Source: Methanothrix sp.
Lineage (GTDB): Archaea; Halobacteriota; Methanosarcinia; Methanotrichales; Methanotrichaceae
Assembly: GCA_037128175.1 (NCBI GenBank)
Contig: JBAXWY010000050.1
Span: forward strand, 1-19,400
Direction: 5' to 3'
Length of the DNA: 19,400 bases
The first letter of the stretch is position 1, and each line of letters opens with the position of its first letter. Below, piece by piece: positions 14,987-19,400 of the stretch. A program made the position numbers and the translations under genes. A model generated the notes under the pieces. The model was not told where the DNA came from and ran no database searches. It worked only from the letters and a program-made list of their open reading frames with translations.

Positions 14987-15076
14987 GAAAAACGATATGA
15001 ACGAGCAGTTCATACGCCGGGACGTGGAATGGGGTCTCTACGGCGATGACTGATGTGGCATTGAACTCCGCACCGC

Positions 15077-16531
15077 TTATTCACCTTGAATGGCACCTGC
15101 AATCGTTTGCTCTCTCTTTAATAGCTCTTCCATCTCCCTATTTTTCAGCCGGAAGCGAAACTTCGCCCCCGGATTGGCTCTGATCATATCCTCTGTGATC
15201 TTCAGGGCCTGCTTCACTGCCGCCTCATCTGCCTCCTCCGGCACCTCGGCATTGAAGGGATAGGTCTCGGACAGCTCCACCGGATAGGGGCCGAAGGGCG
15301 GCTTGAAGTGCAGCACGTGCGCAAAGCCGGACGTGTCCGCCTGGGAATCGTCGGTGATCAAGACATTGCCCTGCAAACTGATGCGGTCAATCCTTCGCGC
15401 ATAGCGCATTACCTCCGGGCGGCTGGCGCACTCCGGGCTCAGGTAAAAGAAGGTGGACTTGCTGGCCGAGTCGAGGCTCTCCAGCCACGGGCCCTGCCGG
15501 GCGAGGCTCTTCAGGCCGTCCAGCATGCGCGGATGCGAGCGGCAGCGTGTCTCCAGCAGGTCCCAGAGAGAGCCCTCGCGAATGCTCTCCTTAACCTGTT
15601 TCATCTCCTGTAGTGAGACGTAGAGATTGTGCTGGGCCAGGAGCCTGGTCTTTTGCGGGCTTTCTATCAGTTCCTTTAAGGTATGCTCCTGGCAGACGGG
15701 GCAGCAGCAGGGAAGGTAGCTCATCTCCTCCAGCTTGCCGGTTCCCTGCACAGTCAGATAACGATCTTGCCTGGCGTAGAGGGCGTATGCTGCCGAGTCG
15801 AAGAGATCGCAGCCCATGGCTGCCGCCAGGGCAAAGATCATGGGATGTCCGGCGCCAAAGAGATGCACGGGCTGGCCAGAGCCCAGGCCCTTTTTGGCGG
15901 CCGTTACCACATCAACCAGATCGCGATACCGGTAAGCTTCCATGAGGGGGACCACGCCGCCCACAGGATAGACATCAAAGGGAAGATCTCTGGCGAACCG
16001 GCCCGCTTTCTCTCTCAGATCAGGGTAGGTTGAGCCCTGAATGGGGCAGGCGAGAAGGCCGGATCTTTCCAGGGAGGCCGCCTGCACCAGTCGCTCCTCT
16101 GTTATTGCCAGTTCCGATTCTGCCCGCTCTCTGCTGACGTCTGGAGGAGTTGGTATGTCCAGGGGTACAGCGATGTCCGATTTTATGGCGAATTGAAAGT
16201 TCAAAATCTCCAGGGGAGTAACATCGATATCTCCATACACGGAGAGCTGGAAGGCGCCCGAGTCCGTCATAATCGGCCCGGAAAAGCCCAGGAGATCATG
16301 CAGCCCGCGCTCCATTGCCTTTACTCTCAGGTCCGAGTCCTGGTGAATGATGTAGCTGTTGGTGATGATCATATCTGCGCCCATCTTTTCCATCTCATTT
16401 GGCGGGATGAGCGGGAGATGAGGATTGACTACAGGCATGAGCGCGGGAGTCTCGATGGTGCCGTGCAGAGTGGAAAGCCGGCCGATCCTTCCGGCCAGAT
16501 CTTTATGCAGTATTTCGAAGCGGTCCGGCAT
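15077..16531 (-). CDS. tgtA: tRNA-guanine(15) transglycosylase (archaeosine TGT), short split type without PUA domain
   Basis: FEIL.KDLAGRIG, ETPALMPVVNP, ITNSYII, IMTDSGAFQL, LDIPTPP, PIQGSTYPDLR, HLFGAGHP, CDLFDSAAYA, Zn site C.CPVC..HNL. ATG 16531 with SD GGAGA; 484 aa. Confidence 0.96.
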   Translation of the reverse strand: MPDRFEILHKDLAGRIGRLSTLHGTIETPALMPVVNPHLPLIPPNEMEKMGADMIITNSYIIHQDSDLRVKAMERGLHDLLGFSGPIMTDSGAFQLSVYGDIDVTPLEILNFQFAIKSDIAVPLDIPTPPDVSRERAESELAITEERLVQAASLERSGLLACPIQGSTYPDLREKAGRFARDLPFDVYPVGGVVPLMEAYRYRDLVDVVTAAKKGLGSGQPVHLFGAGHPMIFALAAAMGCDLFDSAAYALYARQDRYLTVQGTGKLEEMSYLPCCCPVCQEHTLKELIESPQKTRLLAQHNLYVSLQEMKQVKESIREGSLWDLLETRCRSHPRMLDGLKSLARQGPWLESLDSASKSTFFYLSPECASRPEVMRYARRIDRISLQGNVLITDDSQADTSGFAHVLHFKPPFGPYPVELSETYPFNAEVPEEADEAAVKQALKITEDMIRANPGAKFRFRLKNREMEELLKREQTIAGAIQGE

Positions 16532-16595
16532 AAGTTCTCCCTTACCAATAAGGAATAAATAGGTTGGGACAGATTTCCAGCAGAGGATAATTAAT

Positions 16596-17087
16596 ATGAA
16601 AACAATTGTTGTACTAATCGCATTGACCTGCCTCTTGGGCCTGGCCGGTGCCCAGACCATTGGTATGGGTGAGGGCTACAGCAGCACTCAGCTTGCATTC
16701 TTCAATTCACCCAGTTCATCTACCTTTGAACCCAATGTCCAGACGTACTGGGGCAACTATATCGCCAACCAGCAAAATCTGAGCACCAGGAGTGCGACTT
16801 CTAACATGGACATCTGGATGAACACCTTCCCCCTGAGGTTTGATACTCCCCTGCAGTTCAAGGCCACGAGCTTTGCCGCAAATGCTGCCGCTCCTATTCT
16901 TACCGCCACGGAGAGAAACAGCCAGTTTCTAACCAGAAATGTGAACAGTCAGTTCGGTGTCAATCAGATCTGGTCATATCCCCAGACAAGTGGAAGCTTA
17001 ATGGTATCCAATAGCACAGGCACGCCCAGCAAGGATGCAAAAGGACAAATGATGTCGCAAAATATCATGGTCCTCTTTAACAACTAA
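16596..17087 (+). CDS. Secreted hypothetical protein, S/T/N/Q-rich
   Basis: 163 aa with signal peptide MKTIVVLIALTCLLGLAGA. Fills the gap between tgtA and the aconitase gene. No recognised domain. Confidence 0.75.
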   Translation: MKTIVVLIALTCLLGLAGAQTIGMGEGYSSTQLAFFNSPSSSTFEPNVQTYWGNYIANQQNLSTRSATSNMDIWMNTFPLRFDTPLQFKATSFAANAAAPILTATERNSQFLTRNVNSQFGVNQIWSYPQTSGSLMVSNSTGTPSKDAKGQMMSQNIMVLFNN

Positions 17088-17102
17088 AAAGATAGAAAAG
17101 AT

Positions 17103-19061
17103 CTATTTTTCTTTTTTTGCTCCTTTGCTTGCCTGTACTGTGTAAGGCAATAGTCCCCCTGCCAGCAGTATGTCTCTTTGCCTTTTGGAGAGGTTCATAT
17201 TCAGGGTGATCGGCTTGTTTCCAGCCAGGGCCATAATATTCTCTTTGCCAGTCTCCAGTGCCTTACGAATGCCTGGTATTCGAACCTCGGTTTTTTCCGG
17301 CAAGCTGTCCCAATCCGATTCCTGGGCAAAGCTGAAGGGTACTATGCCGAAGTTCACCAGATTGGCAGCATGTATCCTCTCTATGGATTTGGCGATCACC
17401 CCTTTCACTCCCAGGTACATGGGGCAAAGGGCGGCATGCTCGCGAGAGGAGCCCTGGCCGTAGCTAAGGCCTGCCACGATCAGGTTATGCACGCCCTGGC
17501 CCCGCAGGGCGGATGCGCGGATGCTAAAATCTTTATCCAGCGGCTCAAAGACGAATTCTGAGTATTTGGGGACATTGGACCTATATTTGAGGCGAGAGCC
17601 GGCAGGCATGATGTGGTCCGTTGTCACCAGATCTTCTACTCTTATGGTTACCTGTCCTGAGATATCTTCCGGCATCGGTCCGTTGACGGGAGGCTCTCCT
17701 ATATTCGGTCCGCGGCAGATCTCTATTTTCGTTCGTTCAGCAGTCGGGAGTGGTGCAATGATCATGCTATCATCGATCTCAAAATGCTCAGGCATATCTA
17801 TTCTGGGATAATCCCATCCCAGTTCTCTCGGGTCCGTTAGCTTGCCGGTGAGAGCTGAGGCGGCGGCGACTAAGGGGCTGGTCAGATAGACACTTGCGCT
17901 GGGCGTGCCGGATCGACCTAAGAAATTGCGGTTGCTGGTGCGCACGGAAACGGATTCTGTGCATGGTGACATGCTGTTGCCGATACAAAAGCCGCAGGAA
18001 GACTCCAGGATTCTGGCGCCAAAGGCGATCAGGTCGCTCAGGGCGCCGTTTCTGGCCAGGGCGGCCAGCACCTGTCGCGAGCCTGGTGCAACGCCTAAAG
18101 AAATGCCAGCTGGAAGATGTTTGCCTTTTAGCATTGCCGCTACGGTCATGAGATCTACATAAGATGAGTTGGTGCATGAGCCGATCATCACCTGATCTAT
18201 GGACAGATTGAGGTCTTTGATCCTGGCTATGTTTCCCGGGCTGTGGGGCGCGCTGGCGAGGGGCTCGATTTTAGATAGGTCTATCTCAAGGGTGCGATCA
18301 TAGACGGCATCTTTGTCTGCTGCCAGGGCTACCCAATGCTCTTCTCTTCCCTGCGCTTGTAGAAATCGCTTCGTCTGCCAATCGCTGGGGAAGATGGATG
18401 TGGTGACGCCAGTCTCGGCACCCATATTGGTTATGGTTGCTCTCTCCGGCACAGTCAGCTCGGCAATGCCAACTCCCGTGTATTCGCAGACGCAGCCGAC
18501 ATTTCCTTTCGTGCTCAAGATGGAGAGGACTTTAAGGGCCACGTCTTTGGCTGTGGCCCATGGCTCCAGCCGGCCTGTAAGGTGGACATTGATCACACGT
18601 GGGGTGGTGAGGTAGTATGCACCGCCGCCCATGGCAACGGCTACATCAAGTCCGCCTGCGCCCATAGCCAGGGAGCCCACGCCTCCTGCGGTGGGCGTGT
18701 GGCTGTCGGACCCCAGCAAGGTTTTGCCGGGCCCTGCGAATCTCTCCAGATGGACCTGATGGCAAATGCCGTTTCCTGGTCGAGAGAAGTAGATGCCATA
18801 CTTCTTCGCGATGGACTCCAGGTAGGCGTGATCATCTGCGTTTTCGAATCCTACCTGTATGGTGTTGTGATCTACGTAGCTGACGGAAAGCTCGGTGGCA
18901 ATATCAAAAAGCTCCATGGATTCAAATTGGAGATAGGCCATGGTGCCCGTTGCGTCCTGAGTAAGGGTTTGATCTATCTTTATGCCGATCTCTTTGCCGG
19001 GCTCGTAGAAGCCATCCGCGAGGTGCTGCCTCAGGATTTTCTCAGTCAATGTATAACCCAT
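17103..19061 (-). CDS. Aconitate hydratase (putative, Aquifex/archaeal type)
   Basis: DQTLTQDATGT, VDHN, GICHQ, GSDSHT, [4Fe-4S] ligands GSCTN and CGFCIG, NRNF.GRSG, TTDHI.P, GSSREHAA. SD GGAGGT at 19072-19067. TATA-like TTTAATAT at 19130-19123. Confidence 0.93.
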   Translation of the reverse strand: MGYTLTEKILRQHLADGFYEPGKEIGIKIDQTLTQDATGTMAYLQFESMELFDIATELSVSYVDHNTIQVGFENADDHAYLESIAKKYGIYFSRPGNGICHQVHLERFAGPGKTLLGSDSHTPTAGGVGSLAMGAGGLDVAVAMGGGAYYLTTPRVINVHLTGRLEPWATAKDVALKVLSILSTKGNVGCVCEYTGVGIAELTVPERATITNMGAETGVTTSIFPSDWQTKRFLQAQGREEHWVALAADKDAVYDRTLEIDLSKIEPLASAPHSPGNIARIKDLNLSIDQVMIGSCTNSSYVDLMTVAAMLKGKHLPAGISLGVAPGSRQVLAALARNGALSDLIAFGARILESSCGFCIGNSMSPCTESVSVRTSNRNFLGRSGTPSASVYLTSPLVAAASALTGKLTDPRELGWDYPRIDMPEHFEIDDSMIIAPLPTAERTKIEICRGPNIGEPPVNGPMPEDISGQVTIRVEDLVTTDHIMPAGSRLKYRSNVPKYSEFVFEPLDKDFSIRASALRGQGVHNLIVAGLSYGQGSSREHAALCPMYLGVKGVIAKSIERIHAANLVNFGIVPFSFAQESDWDSLPEKTEVRIPGIRKALETGKENIMALAGNKPITLNMNLSKRQRDILLAGGLLPYTVQASKGAKKEK

Positions 19062-19165
19062 AAAAGACCTCCAGCAGGCGTATTAATCCTGGATTGATAT
19101 TCCTGGACCCTTGGTTACGATCATATTAAACTCTAGCGATGGCGTGAATCAATTGGGCACAAAGG

Positions 19166-19400
19166 TTATATATGTCTGAGTTATTGGATGAGTTCGGCCC
19201 GCCTGAAAGGGTGGGGCAACGGGTCCTGTAGATAATGATTATGGGGCCTGAGTATGACATCGGCTTAAGGGCGCCTGGGTCTTTTCTCAACTTCTCATAA
19301 ATGGGGTTGGGGGAAATGCTTAAATACCTCGGCTGACAACCTTAATGGGCCGATGAGGCGTCGCAACCCACGAGCCAGACCTGATTTGATCAAAAGGTCC
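19166..19400 (+). ncRNA. Two TATA promoters followed by structured non-coding sequence (candidate small RNA and/or rRNA-operon 5' leader)
   Basis: TTATATAT (19166-19173) and TTAAATA (19320-19326) are each followed about 20-23 nt later by GC-rich pairing sequence with C/D-like boxes. No ORF. The second unit is cut by the window end. Confidence 0.35.

Larger units (their letters stand above)
10580..15076. other. Accessory AT-richer insert between tgtA and arcS
   Basis: Visibly lower GC than the flanking genes, long intergenic stretches, and accessory cargo (HEAT, RHH fusion, TPR, TA pair) between two co-oriented genes of one pathway. No integrase or transposase seen. Confidence 0.55.

Noticed and set aside
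15308-19097. Antisense and alternative-frame ORFs within tgtA and the aconitase gene, and the tgtA extension to 16660
   Set aside because: Shadow ORFs. The extension overlaps the divergent secreted-protein gene, and an SD supports ATG 16531.
19195-19285. Possible hammerhead or HDV-like ribozyme (CTGA.., GAAA, GGGCAAC words)
   Set aside because: The conserved cores (CUGANGA...GAAA in order; HDV nested pseudoknot) cannot be assembled.
1-19400. CRISPR array, tRNA, rRNA, intact transposase or integrase
   Set aside because: I saw no regularly spaced 25-40-nt repeats, cloverleaf, rRNA signature or intact mobile-element ORF on reading.

Overview
Archaeal chromosomal window, most like a Methanothrix/Methanosarcinales methanogen (inferred from the gene set and protein style). 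The conserved backbone is rqcH/Rqc2, arcS, a short (split-type) tgtA and an Aquifex-type aconitase. Two accessory segments are mixed in. (1) 1-6750: two secreted stand-alone Cache-domain genes flanked by two decayed tyrosine-integrase fragments in permuted order, a secreted HAD phosphatase, a conserved hypothetical gene, an xseA-xseB pair and a cytoplasmic transglutaminase-like protein. (2) 10580-15076: an AT-richer insert between the co-oriented archaeosine genes tgtA and arcS, carrying a secreted HEAT-repeat protein, an RHH regulator fused to a phage-like beta domain, a secreted TPR protein and a RelE/YafQ toxin with an antitoxin candidate missing from the ORF track. The most unusual item is an exonuclease VII large subunit that keeps its catalytic motifs, lacks most of its C-terminal helical region and ends in a predicted transmembrane tail anchor. 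The last ~240 nt contain two TATA boxes followed by structured, C/D-motif-rich non-coding sequence. All assignments come from reading motifs by eye; no searches were run.
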